A stretch of 64,000 bases of DNA from Candidatus Limnocylindrales bacterium (GTDB taxonomy: Bacteria > Patescibacteriota > Microgenomatia > Levybacterales > UBA12049). The stretch lies in contig DATLDE010000005.1 in the NCBI GenBank assembly GCA_035526025.1, positions 32,192 to 96,191 on the forward strand. The letters run 5' to 3'. Position 1 is the stretch's first letter; every line of letters starts with the position of its first letter. Position numbers and translations under genes: made by a program. Below the pieces are notes generated by a model, which made no database searches, had not been told where the DNA came from, and was given only the letters and a program-made list of their open reading frames with translations. Positions 46,384-56,129 of this stretch are shown here, piece after piece.

Positions 46384-48390
46384 TTAGATTTTAAGTTTGA
46401 ATTCTTTATCTGTAAGCAGGGGGAATGTTTCTATTGTTTTTCCATTTACAATATTTGTATAAACATTGCCGCCCGTACCAGGCTGTTTCTGGATGAGAAC
46501 TGGCAAGGGCGAACCGCTCTTCAATTTAAATGGAAGTTTATACGTCAAGGTAAATGTTTTGGTTCCTTTTGGTCTTACTGTCAAAAATCCTTCAAACACT
46601 GTCTTTCCCAGATCCTCAGAGGTAACGAGCTTGACTTGTGAACCTTTACTATCTATCAGCTCACTACCTTTTGGCACATATACTCTTATCCAATCCCTAT
46701 ACTCAGCGTTGAGACAAAGTCCTCCCCGCTCCAAATTACAATCTGATGGTGGATAGGGATTTTTATATTTTATTGTAAGCGTTTTTGTTATTTCTCCATT
46801 TTTAATCGTGTAGTTATTTTCAACCTCTTCCTGCATAAAGATATTCACTTTTGCTCCTGAAAAGCTGGTTTCATTTATATGGAGATAATCACCCTCAAAA
46901 TCCAAAATTTTACCCGCAGCATTAAGGCCTTCAATTCCTTTTTGAGCTTCCTCATTAAATAAGTAGGCCATTATGTGCTTTTCATTTGTTCCCTGGATGA
47001 ATGATTGAAATAGAGGACCCCAATACTGCTTAGGTGAGGAAGTAAGAGCCTTATTCATAATCGCAGATAATAAATCTCCAAGTAGTCCCTTCCTGTCTGT
47101 TTTAATGTAATTCACTGGACGTGAAATATTATCTTCTAGTGCATAAATTACTGACGGACAATCACAACGGGGATCGCTCTTTGTGTTAAAAGTAACCCCA
47201 TTTGCAGTGATAGTATCATCAAGAATTTTAATCGTATTAACAAGAACATATGTATCAATTGCGATAATTCCATCAACCTCTACCTTCTTTGCGGATGTAT
47301 CATACATAGATTTAAATGTTTTCATGGATTCAATAAAATCAGGAGATAGATTACTGTCTCTTAAATTGAATGAATTAACCTTGGTCAAATACTTAACTAT
47401 CGGAGCAGGGGCTCTTTTTTTATTTGGGATAGAATCATCCAGAACATAAATATCTTCTGAGCGATCAAGCTTTATAATACCCTTATCGATTTTTATAATT
47501 GCATAACCTGTGAGAAACCCACCAGTCGGACGGAGTTCTTTATCATTCTGAAAGAGTACCAGATATTTCTTTTCTTCATTTTCTCCCAAAAGAGTTGGCA
47601 AAACTTTGACCAATGGTTTGGCATCACTTACGAATGTAGCCCCGTCATCTGTAAGACTTCGGATAGTTGCCAATTGGGTTTGGACTTTCTTGCCAAAAAT
47701 AAAGCTAGGATAGTGCTTGGGATTTACTTTATCAATCTCTTTCTTGATTAAATCCAGCTTTTCTGAAATCTTATCAATTTGTGGGGTTATCTTTCCGATA
47801 GTAAGAACTGCTGTCTTGATTCTGTCTTCAGTTGAGCCTGCGTTACTTTCCTTTCCTTTAAGCCCCAAGACATCAGCATATGGTTTTATGGCATCTGTTG
47901 CTATAGTTGCGCTATCAAGTCCATGCTTACCGGCATTCAACATATGATCTACATCGTTGTAATACCAGCTTGCAATTGGGACAATTTTAAGCGGAACTAA
48001 AAAATGAAAATTTCTCTGAGTTTCTGCTAGTGATTTTTTAGTTTTTTCAATTTCTACTGATGCAGCTTCTATATCCTGACTTTTAAGAGCCGCAGAAACC
48101 AATTTAGCCTGACGATAAGTCTTGAGACCTGATTTGTAAGTAAGATATGAAGGAACACCAATGAGAAGAAGTATGAGAGCAACTATAGAGAGCGCAATCG
48201 GATACCTCTTGCTCATTTTGAATTTGGCCCTTTTTTTTCTATTGGTCATAAAAGTACCATTACTTTCTGCCTTTGCAAAATCCTGCTTCTCCTTAACCTG
48301 TTTTTCGGTCCGAACAGTTCCGCCCTTGTCTGAATTTGTGGCAGTACTGGTGTTTTTCGGCGCTAATTCGATCTTGTCAAATCCACCCAT
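46384..48390 (-). CDS. DUF4012-family large extracytoplasmic protein with N-terminal membrane anchor
   Basis: 668 aa. Has a TM helix (IALSIVALILLLIGVP) and the motif KKYLVLFQNDKELRPTGGFLTGYAIIKID, which I recall as the DUF4012 signature. Confidence 0.55.
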   Translation of the reverse strand: MGGFDKIELAPKNTSTATNSDKGGTVRTEKQVKEKQDFAKAESNGTFMTNRKKRAKFKMSKRYPIALSIVALILLLIGVPSYLTYKSGLKTYRQAKLVSAALKSQDIEAASVEIEKTKKSLAETQRNFHFLVPLKIVPIASWYYNDVDHMLNAGKHGLDSATIATDAIKPYADVLGLKGKESNAGSTEDRIKTAVLTIGKITPQIDKISEKLDLIKKEIDKVNPKHYPSFIFGKKVQTQLATIRSLTDDGATFVSDAKPLVKVLPTLLGENEEKKYLVLFQNDKELRPTGGFLTGYAIIKIDKGIIKLDRSEDIYVLDDSIPNKKRAPAPIVKYLTKVNSFNLRDSNLSPDFIESMKTFKSMYDTSAKKVEVDGIIAIDTYVLVNTIKILDDTITANGVTFNTKSDPRCDCPSVIYALEDNISRPVNYIKTDRKGLLGDLLSAIMNKALTSSPKQYWGPLFQSFIQGTNEKHIMAYLFNEEAQKGIEGLNAAGKILDFEGDYLHINETSFSGAKVNIFMQEEVENNYTIKNGEITKTLTIKYKNPYPPSDCNLERGGLCLNAEYRDWIRVYVPKGSELIDSKGSQVKLVTSEDLGKTVFEGFLTVRPKGTKTFTLTYKLPFKLKSGSPLPVLIQKQPGTGGNVYTNIVNGKTIETFPLLTDKEFKLKI

Positions 48391-48463
48391 CTATATATCT
48401 TACGAAAATATATCCAAATATGTCAACTTGACAAGACTGGGGCAAATATGTTTCTAGGCTTCA

Positions 48464-49129
48464 TTACAACGCTCCGCGTCCTGAGATCATAGCCCAAGGA
48501 GTTTTGAGGATAATCCATAAGTCATATATAACCGATCGGCGCTTTGCATAATTTGCATCCATCTGTATTCTTTTATCAAAATTAATTTCACTGCGTCCCG
48601 TGACCTGCCAAAAGCCAGTAATTCCTGGTTTAACACTCAACACAACCTTCACGGCTCCACGGGTATGTGGGTATTTTTTTTGCTGTTCTTCGAGCTCATC
48701 AGGATAATAAGCACGTGGACCAACAATACTCATCTCACCATTTAGTACATTAAAAAATTGCGGCAATTCATCCAATGAAAATTTCCTGATAACTCTTCCC
48801 ACCTTAGTTACGCGTGGATCATCTTTTAACTTATAACTTCCTTTCTTATACTGGCTATATAGATCTGCATATTTTGGATCCTGTCTTAGAATAGTATGGG
48901 CATTTTTTACCATGGATCGAAATTTATACATCTTGAATTTTTTTCCATTTTTCCCAACCCTTTCAGGAGTGTCAGCAAGTATAGTTCCCTCCGACTCAGT
49001 TTTTATTGCAAGTGCAACTAGAAAAATAACTGGAGAAAAAATTAGAAGTAGTAAAATTGAAAACAATATATCAACAGATCTCTTGGCAAAATCATAAAAT
49101 GGACTTAATTGTATGTCAATTTTTGGCAT
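48464..49129 (-). CDS. small monotopic phosphoglycosyl transferase (Bac_transf; PglC/WecP/WbaP-C-terminal-like), polyprenyl-phosphate sugar-1-phosphate transferase
   Basis: 221 aa. Re-entrant N-terminal helix plus KMYKFRSM...DELPQFFNVLNGEMSIVGPRA, which are the catalytic motifs of bacterial sugar transferases. Confidence 0.85.
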   Translation of the reverse strand: MPKIDIQLSPFYDFAKRSVDILFSILLLLIFSPVIFLVALAIKTESEGTILADTPERVGKNGKKFKMYKFRSMVKNAHTILRQDPKYADLYSQYKKGSYKLKDDPRVTKVGRVIRKFSLDELPQFFNVLNGEMSIVGPRAYYPDELEEQQKKYPHTRGAVKVVLSVKPGITGFWQVTGRSEINFDKRIQMDANYAKRRSVIYDLWIILKTPWAMISGRGAL

Positions 49130-49130
49130 T

Positions 49131-50216
49131 TTATATTAAATGCTCGTGGTCTGTTCCTTTAAGATTTTCAACGAATTTTTTAATTTTTGGTATAGATCTT
49201 TTTGGACACATTAGCAATACATCATCAGTGTTTATAATTACCATTTCTGACAAATCTATACCTATGCAAAGCTTCTTCTCATAATTAAACATCAATACGT
49301 CTTGTGTATCCCTTAACTCAATATTTCCACGGGTTACATTTTCCTCTTTATGATTCTCAAGAGCTTCTTTAAGAGCATCCCATGCTCCTATATCACTCCA
49401 ACCGATATCTGCAGAAATTACAAATCCTGATTTCGGATTAATTTTTTCCAGAATAGCATGATCAAAAGAAATTTTTTCAATCGTGGGATAAACTCTATTT
49501 AAAACATCCTCATATTTTTCAGTCCCAAAAGCTTGACTAATTTCATTAAGTTGCTTAAATAGATCGGGTGAAAACTGTTCAAAAAGTTTCCATAAAAATT
49601 TTGGGGTGGTCGCAAAATAACCTAGATTCCACGCGTGCTGATTATCTTTGGAAAATTTTTCAGCATCTTCAATAGGTGGCGCGTATTTAAATCCTTCAAA
49701 TTTATGAATTGGGAGACCATCTATTTCTTTCAACTCACTACCAAATTTAATATATCCGACATTTTGATTTCCGTAACGAGGTTTTTGCCCAATAAAAATT
49801 ATTTTTTCAGGATCTTCTATTATTAATTTTTCAGCTGCCCTAAGCATTTTGCGAAAAAGCCCCTCTTCTTTAACAAGATGATCGCTACCCCAAAGCAGGA
49901 CAAGAGGTTCATCAGGACTAGATTTAACCAACTGTGCAATAACCAAACCAACTGCTGGTCCGACATCACGCATTTCCGGCTCAACAATTATATTTTCTTT
50001 TGGGAGCAAAGGAAGCTGTTCAAGAGTAGTGTCGTAATATTTTTTACCTGTTGAAATGAAAATATCTTTCCAATCAAAATCGGGGAATAATTTGCGAACT
50101 GCAATCTGCAGCATTGTTTGTTCATCCACAATTTTTCCGAATTGTTTGGGAGTATTTTTTCTCGAAAGTGGCCAAAGTCTTGTACCCACACCTCCTGCAA
50201 AAACAACAATTTTCAT
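49131..50216 (-). CDS. manC: mannose-1-phosphate guanylyltransferase (GDP-mannose pyrophosphorylase)
   Basis: MKIVVFAGGVGTRLWPLSRKNTPKQF is the G-loop of the ManC/GMPP family. 361 aa, with no C-terminal PMI domain. Confidence 0.75.
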   Translation of the reverse strand: MKIVVFAGGVGTRLWPLSRKNTPKQFGKIVDEQTMLQIAVRKLFPDFDWKDIFISTGKKYYDTTLEQLPLLPKENIIVEPEMRDVGPAVGLVIAQLVKSSPDEPLVLLWGSDHLVKEEGLFRKMLRAAEKLIIEDPEKIIFIGQKPRYGNQNVGYIKFGSELKEIDGLPIHKFEGFKYAPPIEDAEKFSKDNQHAWNLGYFATTPKFLWKLFEQFSPDLFKQLNEISQAFGTEKYEDVLNRVYPTIEKISFDHAILEKINPKSGFVISADIGWSDIGAWDALKEALENHKEENVTRGNIELRDTQDVLMFNYEKKLCIGIDLSEMVIINTDDVLLMCPKRSIPKIKKFVENLKGTDHEHLI

Positions 50217-50237
50217 AATTCAATATCCATTATAATA

Positions 50238-51341
50238 TCAAATCAATTTATTCACAACTGACAAGAAATTTTTTTTAAAACTTTCAAAATTAAATCTTTC
50301 TGAGTTAATTATGCATTCATTAGGTCTGAACTTTATTTTTTCAAATCTCACGATCGATTCCATCAAAGACTCCTTATTCTGCTCATCAAAAAACAATCCC
50401 GTACTGCCGTCAATTACTATTTCGCGGGCTCCTCCTTTTTTAAAAGCAATTACTGGCTTGCCATGCATTCCTGCCTCTACCATAACAAGCCCAAAATCTT
50501 CTACTCCAGGAAATATCAACGCTTTACAATTTTTGTAATAATCAATAAGGTCAGCATCATTTATTGCTCCGATAAATTCTACACTAGAACCCGCTATTTT
50601 TTCAAGATCATTTTTCCAGCTCCCTTCTCCTACAATTTTTAAATTAAATTTAAGTTCATTAGCAGCTTCAATGACGAGATCAATTCGCTTATACTTTGTG
50701 AATTTTGAAAGCCTTGAAACCACAAGAAAATAATTTTCCTGATTCCTGATTCTTACCTGCCTGCCTGATTGGAGGGATTCTTGATTCTTTTTTAGAATTG
50801 CCGGTGGATAAACTAACTGCGATTCTCTTCCATAATATTTCTTAATTCTCCTCTGCACCTCTTTGGATATTCCGATATATGCATCAGGCCTTGAAGAGGC
50901 TATGATATCCCATTTTTGAAGCCTTGAAATAATCGGTTTTGACAAAATTTTTAGAAAATCAGTCTGAAAGTAATCATCATACCCACTCCATAAATATCTT
51001 GTAGGCGTGAGACAATAGCAAATGTGGATTGTCCCTGGTTTGGTAATTATTCCTTTTGCTGATTCTGAAGTAACTGAAATGACTAGATCATATTTATCAA
51101 AAACAAGGCTTTCAAACACCAATGGCATCAAAGGCGAAACAAATTCATGGTTTGAGGATGCGAATGGTATTTTCTGGAGAAAGGAAGTTCTAACATCAAA
51201 TACTTTAGCCCATTTTGCTGTATTTTTTTCATAGACCGAAGTATAAAGAGGTGCATCTGGAAATAACTTATGAAAAGCAAGAAGCACTCGCTCAGCACCA
51301 CCCCATTTATTAACTCTATCGTAAACTAATGCTACTTTCAT
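50238..51341 (-). CDS. family 4 glycosyltransferase (GT-B)
   Basis: MKVALVYDRVNKWGGAERV... is a GT4 N-terminal domain, and the C-terminal domain has GVEDFGLVMVEAGMHGKPVIA (the EX7E region). The ORF stays open to 51398, but the GT domain starts at 51341. Confidence 0.75.
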   Translation of the reverse strand: MKVALVYDRVNKWGGAERVLLAFHKLFPDAPLYTSVYEKNTAKWAKVFDVRTSFLQKIPFASSNHEFVSPLMPLVFESLVFDKYDLVISVTSESAKGIITKPGTIHICYCLTPTRYLWSGYDDYFQTDFLKILSKPIISRLQKWDIIASSRPDAYIGISKEVQRRIKKYYGRESQLVYPPAILKKNQESLQSGRQVRIRNQENYFLVVSRLSKFTKYKRIDLVIEAANELKFNLKIVGEGSWKNDLEKIAGSSVEFIGAINDADLIDYYKNCKALIFPGVEDFGLVMVEAGMHGKPVIAFKKGGAREIVIDGSTGLFFDEQNKESLMESIVRFEKIKFRPNECIINSERFNFESFKKNFLSVVNKLI

Positions 51342-52428
51342 ATACAGCCAGTGTCTCTTTTGCCATTTTTCTCCAGGAAAATTCTTTTGAGCGCTCAAGT
51401 CCTTTCTTTATATTTTTATCAAGTATATTTTGCTCAAGACTAAAAACATCGTTTATTTTGTTCTTTATATCCTCAATAGAATATGGATCAAAATATATTG
51501 CAGCATCTAGACAAACTTCTCGCAGCGAAGGAATGTCAGACGCAATAACCTGACATGCTGATGCCATAGCCTCAAGCACCGGTAACCCAAAACCTTCCAT
51601 GAGAGACGGAGATATAAGTGCAATTGCGTTTTGATAATAACCAGCGAGTTCTTTGTCAGTGACATTATTCCGGACTACAACTCCTGAGTAATTTTCTTTT
51701 AAGATTTTCTCATTTAATTTTTTATAAAAAAAATCATCCTTTCCAACCAGCACCAATTGTATGTTTTCATGGTCTTCCTTTCTGAATAAAGAAAAGGCTT
51801 TTATTAATCTGTCAAGATTTTTGTGTGGATATGCATTCCCAACATATAAAAAATATTTTGTTTTATCAACAATTTGTACTTTATCTTTTTTTTGTATTTT
51901 TTCATCAAATCCTTCATAAGTGACAATAATTTTTTCTTGCTTAACTCCCAGGGTTTCTATCAAGTCGTCTTTCACGGCATTCAGCGGTACTATGATTTTT
52001 TGGGCTTTATTAACTGCATTCTTAACCACATAATCATATCCAAGTTTCTTGAGTTGATATAAATACAAAGGAAGCTTTGAGGCTTTACCTGTTGGGAAAT
52101 GATTTATGATCAAATCGTGAATCGTGATGACAAATGGATTTTTATATCCAACAGGAATAGAGAAATATGGAAAATGAACCAAATCCAAATTCTCTTTATT
52201 CAAAATTTGAGGAAGTTTTAACTGCTCATCAAGCGTATGCCAACGAATGTCCACCCGGACAACTTTGAACTTTGAACTTTGAACTTTGAACTTGTCAGCA
52301 TCTGCAGACCTCATAAACAAAACATAATCATTTGTTTTGTCAATTTCGGCTAAATTGTAAACCAAATTCCTGATATACCTCCCAACTCCTGTCTCGCTCC
52401 AAAGCCGCGCGTCAATACCAATTTTCAT
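51316..52428 (-). CDS. family 4 glycosyltransferase (GT-B) containing an in-frame heptanucleotide repeat tract
   Basis: MKIGIDARLWSETGVGRYIRNL... is a GT4 N-terminus, and the C-terminal has PSLMEGFGLPVLEAMA. Four perfect AACTTTG units encode KFKVQSSKFKV near the N-terminus. Confidence 0.8.
   Translation of the reverse strand: MKIGIDARLWSETGVGRYIRNLVYNLAEIDKTNDYVLFMRSADADKFKVQSSKFKVVRVDIRWHTLDEQLKLPQILNKENLDLVHFPYFSIPVGYKNPFVITIHDLIINHFPTGKASKLPLYLYQLKKLGYDYVVKNAVNKAQKIIVPLNAVKDDLIETLGVKQEKIIVTYEGFDEKIQKKDKVQIVDKTKYFLYVGNAYPHKNLDRLIKAFSLFRKEDHENIQLVLVGKDDFFYKKLNEKILKENYSGVVVRNNVTDKELAGYYQNAIALISPSLMEGFGLPVLEAMASACQVIASDIPSLREVCLDAAIYFDPYSIEDIKNKINDVFSLEQNILDKNIKKGLERSKEFSWRKMAKETLAVYESSISLR
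52261..52294. repeat. heptanucleotide microsatellite (AACTTTG)x4 plus one imperfect unit, inside GT4 coding sequence
   Basis: aactttg at 52261-67, 52268-74, 52275-81 and 52282-88, then aacttg. Confidence 0.85.
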
Positions 52429-52449
52429 AAAATAAGTATAACATAGTGG

Positions 52450-53364
52450 CTAAGTAGTGTTTCTTTTGTGAAGAAAACTTATTCCACATTCAACTATCCA
52501 ATTTATAATTTTAGGATATTTTCCTGAATAGTTTTTTTTATAAAAAATCCTCATCGCTTCAAATCGATGTCCTTGCATGATCCTTCTTCGCTCCTTGTCT
52601 GCTGTTGATATGTGATGCGATTGTTTTTTAATACCACTTGATACTCCGCCATAATGAAGAATGCTTACGTCTGGGATATAATAAATTTTAAACCCGAGTT
52701 TTTTAATATCATAACAAAATTGCAAATCCTCGCCATAGAAAAAGTATTCTTCATCCCACCATCCAATTTTTTCACCAACATCCCGACGGACCAACAAAAA
52801 CGCACCAGAAATTGCATCAACCTCGTGAATTGTATTAATGTTTTTAAATCCTTGTATATACCCACTGAACAATTTAGACTTTGAAAACACTTTTTCAAGT
52901 TTTGAAAAATGCGAGAGCGCATTCCATGGAGTAGGAAATCCACGATGCGATGAGTCATCGATTCCGCCTGTAGGTAACACCACCTTACAAGTTGCGGCCC
53001 CAGCATCTTTATGTTCATCCATAAACTCTATCATTCGTGAAAGTGTATTTGGGTATACAATCGTATCCGGATTGAGAAACAATATATACCGCCCATGTGC
53101 ATTTTTAAGAGCATTGTTGTTACCTTTTGCAAAACCGATGTTTCCTCCATTATCTTCAACTAAGAACGTTTTAATTTTTGTCTTATTAGCATAATCTTTA
53201 AATGATTTCAGAGAATCATCAGGTGATGCGTTATCAGCTACAATTACTTCAAAATTTCCTGACTTTACATCTTCTGGATAATTTTTTTCAATAGATGCAA
53301 TAGCGTCAAGCGTCAACTGCTTTGTATTATAATTTAAGATAATTATTGAAAGATCCACGACCAT
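52450..53364 (-). CDS. family 2 glycosyltransferase
   Basis: LSIIILNYNTKQLTLDAIASI...VIVADNASPDDS...FLNPDT. Confidence 0.8.
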   Translation of the reverse strand: MVVDLSIIILNYNTKQLTLDAIASIEKNYPEDVKSGNFEVIVADNASPDDSLKSFKDYANKTKIKTFLVEDNGGNIGFAKGNNNALKNAHGRYILFLNPDTIVYPNTLSRMIEFMDEHKDAGAATCKVVLPTGGIDDSSHRGFPTPWNALSHFSKLEKVFSKSKLFSGYIQGFKNINTIHEVDAISGAFLLVRRDVGEKIGWWDEEYFFYGEDLQFCYDIKKLGFKIYYIPDVSILHYGGVSSGIKKQSHHISTADKERRRIMQGHRFEAMRIFYKKNYSGKYPKIINWIVECGISFLHKRNTT

Positions 53365-53369
53365 AATTA

Positions 53370-54611
53370 TTAATTCTTAATTCTTAATTCGCTATAAACC
53401 CGTTCCAAGTCTTTTGCTATTCTTTTCCATGTGTAATTTTCTTCAATTAATTTCCTCCCATTTTTTGCAATATTCTCATAAAGATTATTATCTTCTAAGA
53501 CTTCAACAGTTTTTTTTGCTAATTCTTTAGCATCTTCAGCAACCATAATATTTTCACCGTCTTTTGCGCCTACTGCGTTAGCGCTAAGTGAAGTAGCTAC
53601 AACAGGTGTTCCGCAACACATACTTTCAAGAATCTTATAGCTAGTTCCGCCACCCACCCTGATAGGAGCCAACAATACATCTGCCTCCTGAAACAACTCT
53701 TCCGTTGGTCTGGTTGAAGACTCTTCATCAAATATGACATCTGGTTCGTTTGTTAAGCTCCTTATATTATCCGGAATATTTCTCCCTACAACCCAGAGCT
53801 TAATCTCGTCATCCTGAAGCGTAGCTGAAGGATCTAGAATCTTCGCTTTACTCAGAATGACAGTTTTAATTTTAGGAAATATTTCATCAATTATAAATTT
53901 CGCTGCATCCCTATTTTGAATCCACCTGAAGTCACCAATGAACAACACTCTTTTGATTCTTGGTTCTTGGTTCTTGGTTCTTTGTAGAAAAGTAAACTTT
54001 TCTAAATCGACCCCATTGGAGACAATAGTTGGATCAACTCCTGTATTTTTCATTACTTTTTTGTCATCCTCTGAAACAGCAATTAATTTTGTTGCTCTCG
54101 CCCAACATGATTCCTCCTCTTTTCTTATTTTGAGAATGTCTATATTAAATAATGGTTTTAAAAAAAATGGAGACTGGTCTGCATACCTTTGATAAACCTG
54201 GTACTCGATGTTGTGCTCTGCCAAAACAACAGGAATTGAAGAATTAGGAAGATTTTGCATAACATAATAAGTCTCAACGTGAATCAAATCATATTTTTTA
54301 TTTTTTAATTCTATTGAGATTTCTTGATTCATTTTCTGACTTTTGTGCCCTGTTACAAGAAATGAGTTTGAGGAAAAAACTGACTTAAATACATTTTTAA
54401 TTGTCCATTGCTTTCCCCTATTAACTGTAATTACTTTTTTACATATTTTTTTAACTCCTAGAATGTCATCCTCTGACTGATTTTCACGCTTTTCACAAAT
54501 GAGTGTTATCTCATGCTTTCCTGCCAATTCTTTTATAAGATTAAACAGCCGTACATGACCTCCAGAATGAAGCGGATAAGGAAGAAAGGACGAGACTAAT
54601 AAAATCTTCAT
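53370..54611 (-). CDS. family 4 glycosyltransferase (GT-B)
   Basis: MKILLVSSFLPYPLHSGGHVRLFNLIKELAGKHEITL is a GT4 N-terminus, and the C-terminal has ...LLAPIRVGGGTSYKILESMCCGTPVVAT. Contains a TTCTTGG x3 repeat. Confidence 0.8.
   Translation of the reverse strand: MKILLVSSFLPYPLHSGGHVRLFNLIKELAGKHEITLICEKRENQSEDDILGVKKICKKVITVNRGKQWTIKNVFKSVFSSNSFLVTGHKSQKMNQEISIELKNKKYDLIHVETYYVMQNLPNSSIPVVLAEHNIEYQVYQRYADQSPFFLKPLFNIDILKIRKEEESCWARATKLIAVSEDDKKVMKNTGVDPTIVSNGVDLEKFTFLQRTKNQEPRIKRVLFIGDFRWIQNRDAAKFIIDEIFPKIKTVILSKAKILDPSATLQDDEIKLWVVGRNIPDNIRSLTNEPDVIFDEESSTRPTEELFQEADVLLAPIRVGGGTSYKILESMCCGTPVVATSLSANAVGAKDGENIMVAEDAKELAKKTVEVLEDNNLYENIAKNGRKLIEENYTWKRIAKDLERVYSELRIKN
53957..53984. repeat. 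heptanucleotide tandem repeat (TTCTTGG)x3 plus an imperfect unit, inside GT4 coding sequence
   Basis: ttcttgg at 53957-63, 53964-70 and 53971-77, then ttctttg. Encodes TKNQEPRI on the minus strand. Confidence 0.8.
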
Positions 54612-54645
54612 AAACTAATTATAGCAGAGGGAATATCAAATAATC

Positions 54646-56115
54646 CTATAAATTAAGTGCGGTTTTGTTATCATTTATACAATTTTTAAGATCAATAATC
54701 ACATAATTTGCAGTTTTTTTGACTACTTTGCATTTTTTCATCCACATATTTGTAGTTTCATCATAATTCACCGAGACGAGGTGGGTCGCTCCTTCTGAAA
54801 TAAACTGAGGTATTTTATCTCCACCGTATGTAAAACCATAGCGATTTGTCTGGTAGAGAAATGCAGAATCAAAATCAAGTGGTGCTATAACTTTTGCGTC
54901 TTTTGGCAATAATTTATCTACTGCTTGACCAGCCTCAACCATCGCAGGATTATTAATATTAAAATATCCCCTAACTTCAAACCAGCCAAAAGCTAACATA
55001 AATAGCACCAATGAAGCTGCAACGCCAGTATTTATAACTCTTTGATAAAACTTTGCTTTAGTAAAGATAAGATAATCTATACCTTTTGCTATGAAAATAC
55101 TACCAATTGTAACTAAGGGCATTTGGTAATAATCATGCGTTACATTACCCTTGGCTATTATCGTGAAGAAAACGAAAATAGATATCAGCCATAAGTAATA
55201 AAAAAATCCTTCTTTCTCACTATTCCCTTTTATTATTCCAAGCCAGAATAAAACAAATCCCCCGGTCGCAAATATCAGACGATTCATACGGTCATATATT
55301 AAATATCTGAAGAAAGCGCCTTTAAAACGTATATTTCCCTGATTAAAAAGCCATGTTGTCCCAAACATTCCCTCTGGATACTGAGCAATATGATTTCGCC
55401 ATAACAGAAATGGAATTAAGGCAATAGCAGCTGCGACATAAATAGAATATTGTTTGTAAAAAATAAATTTCCATTTTCTTAGGATCAAATAACTTATTGG
55501 CAAGATTAGAACCAAACCGTAAGGTTTTGTAAGTATGGTAATCGCAAAAACTACTCCAGCTAGAATTGCAATTAGAATTTTTTCCGTCTTCACCCAATGT
55601 GTTACAAGTAGCAAAGTCAGAACGCTGGCAAAAATATGTAATGGGTCAGGCATAATCACTCGACCATAATATATGTTGTAGGGAAGGAATCCGAAAACAA
55701 AAGCAGATAGTAGTCCTATACGTTTTGACGAATACTCTTTTGCTAAAAAATACAGTACTACAGTTGTTAGGGATGATACTAGGATACTAACAAGCCTTCC
55801 CCACTGTTCAATAGTGAAATTACCAAATGCAGTGTATGCAAAATAGACAAGCGAATTGTAGATTGGGAATTCAGCAAAAAAGTATCTTTTAGGATTTGGT
55901 AGCTGTCTTTCGTTTAGTGAGTTTAGGGCATCAAATTTTGGATAAAAAGGAGTATAACCTTCTTTTATAAAGTTTCGAGTTACTGCTGCTGTATCTGCTT
56001 GACGCCAACTGTGCCAGTCTGCAACTGGATTGTTAAATTTGTAAAGTCGCACAACAAAACTTCCGATGAATATTGCCAATAGCGTAAGTACTATTAAAAA
56101 TTTGTTATATTTCAT
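54646..56115 (-). CDS. GT-C fold glycosyltransferase, GT39/GT83 (PMT/ArnT-like) family
   Basis: 489 aa with about 11 TM helices. The first loop, FNNPVADWHSWRQADTAAVTRNF, resembles the conserved loop 1 of ArnT/PMT-type polyprenyl-phosphate-sugar-dependent transferases. Confidence 0.6.
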   Translation of the reverse strand: MKYNKFLIVLTLLAIFIGSFVVRLYKFNNPVADWHSWRQADTAAVTRNFIKEGYTPFYPKFDALNSLNERQLPNPKRYFFAEFPIYNSLVYFAYTAFGNFTIEQWGRLVSILVSSLTTVVLYFLAKEYSSKRIGLLSAFVFGFLPYNIYYGRVIMPDPLHIFASVLTLLLVTHWVKTEKILIAILAGVVFAITILTKPYGLVLILPISYLILRKWKFIFYKQYSIYVAAAIALIPFLLWRNHIAQYPEGMFGTTWLFNQGNIRFKGAFFRYLIYDRMNRLIFATGGFVLFWLGIIKGNSEKEGFFYYLWLISIFVFFTIIAKGNVTHDYYQMPLVTIGSIFIAKGIDYLIFTKAKFYQRVINTGVAASLVLFMLAFGWFEVRGYFNINNPAMVEAGQAVDKLLPKDAKVIAPLDFDSAFLYQTNRYGFTYGGDKIPQFISEGATHLVSVNYDETTNMWMKKCKVVKKTANYVIIDLKNCINDNKTALNL

Positions 56116-56129
56116 CTAAATAGTATAGT

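Noticed and set aside
48467-48490. Third copy of the CAACGCTC...CCTGAG motif shared with 19913-19950
   Set aside because: It lies inside the 3' coding end of the PglC-like gene, encoding MISGRGAL, and shares only two short words. Judged coincidental.
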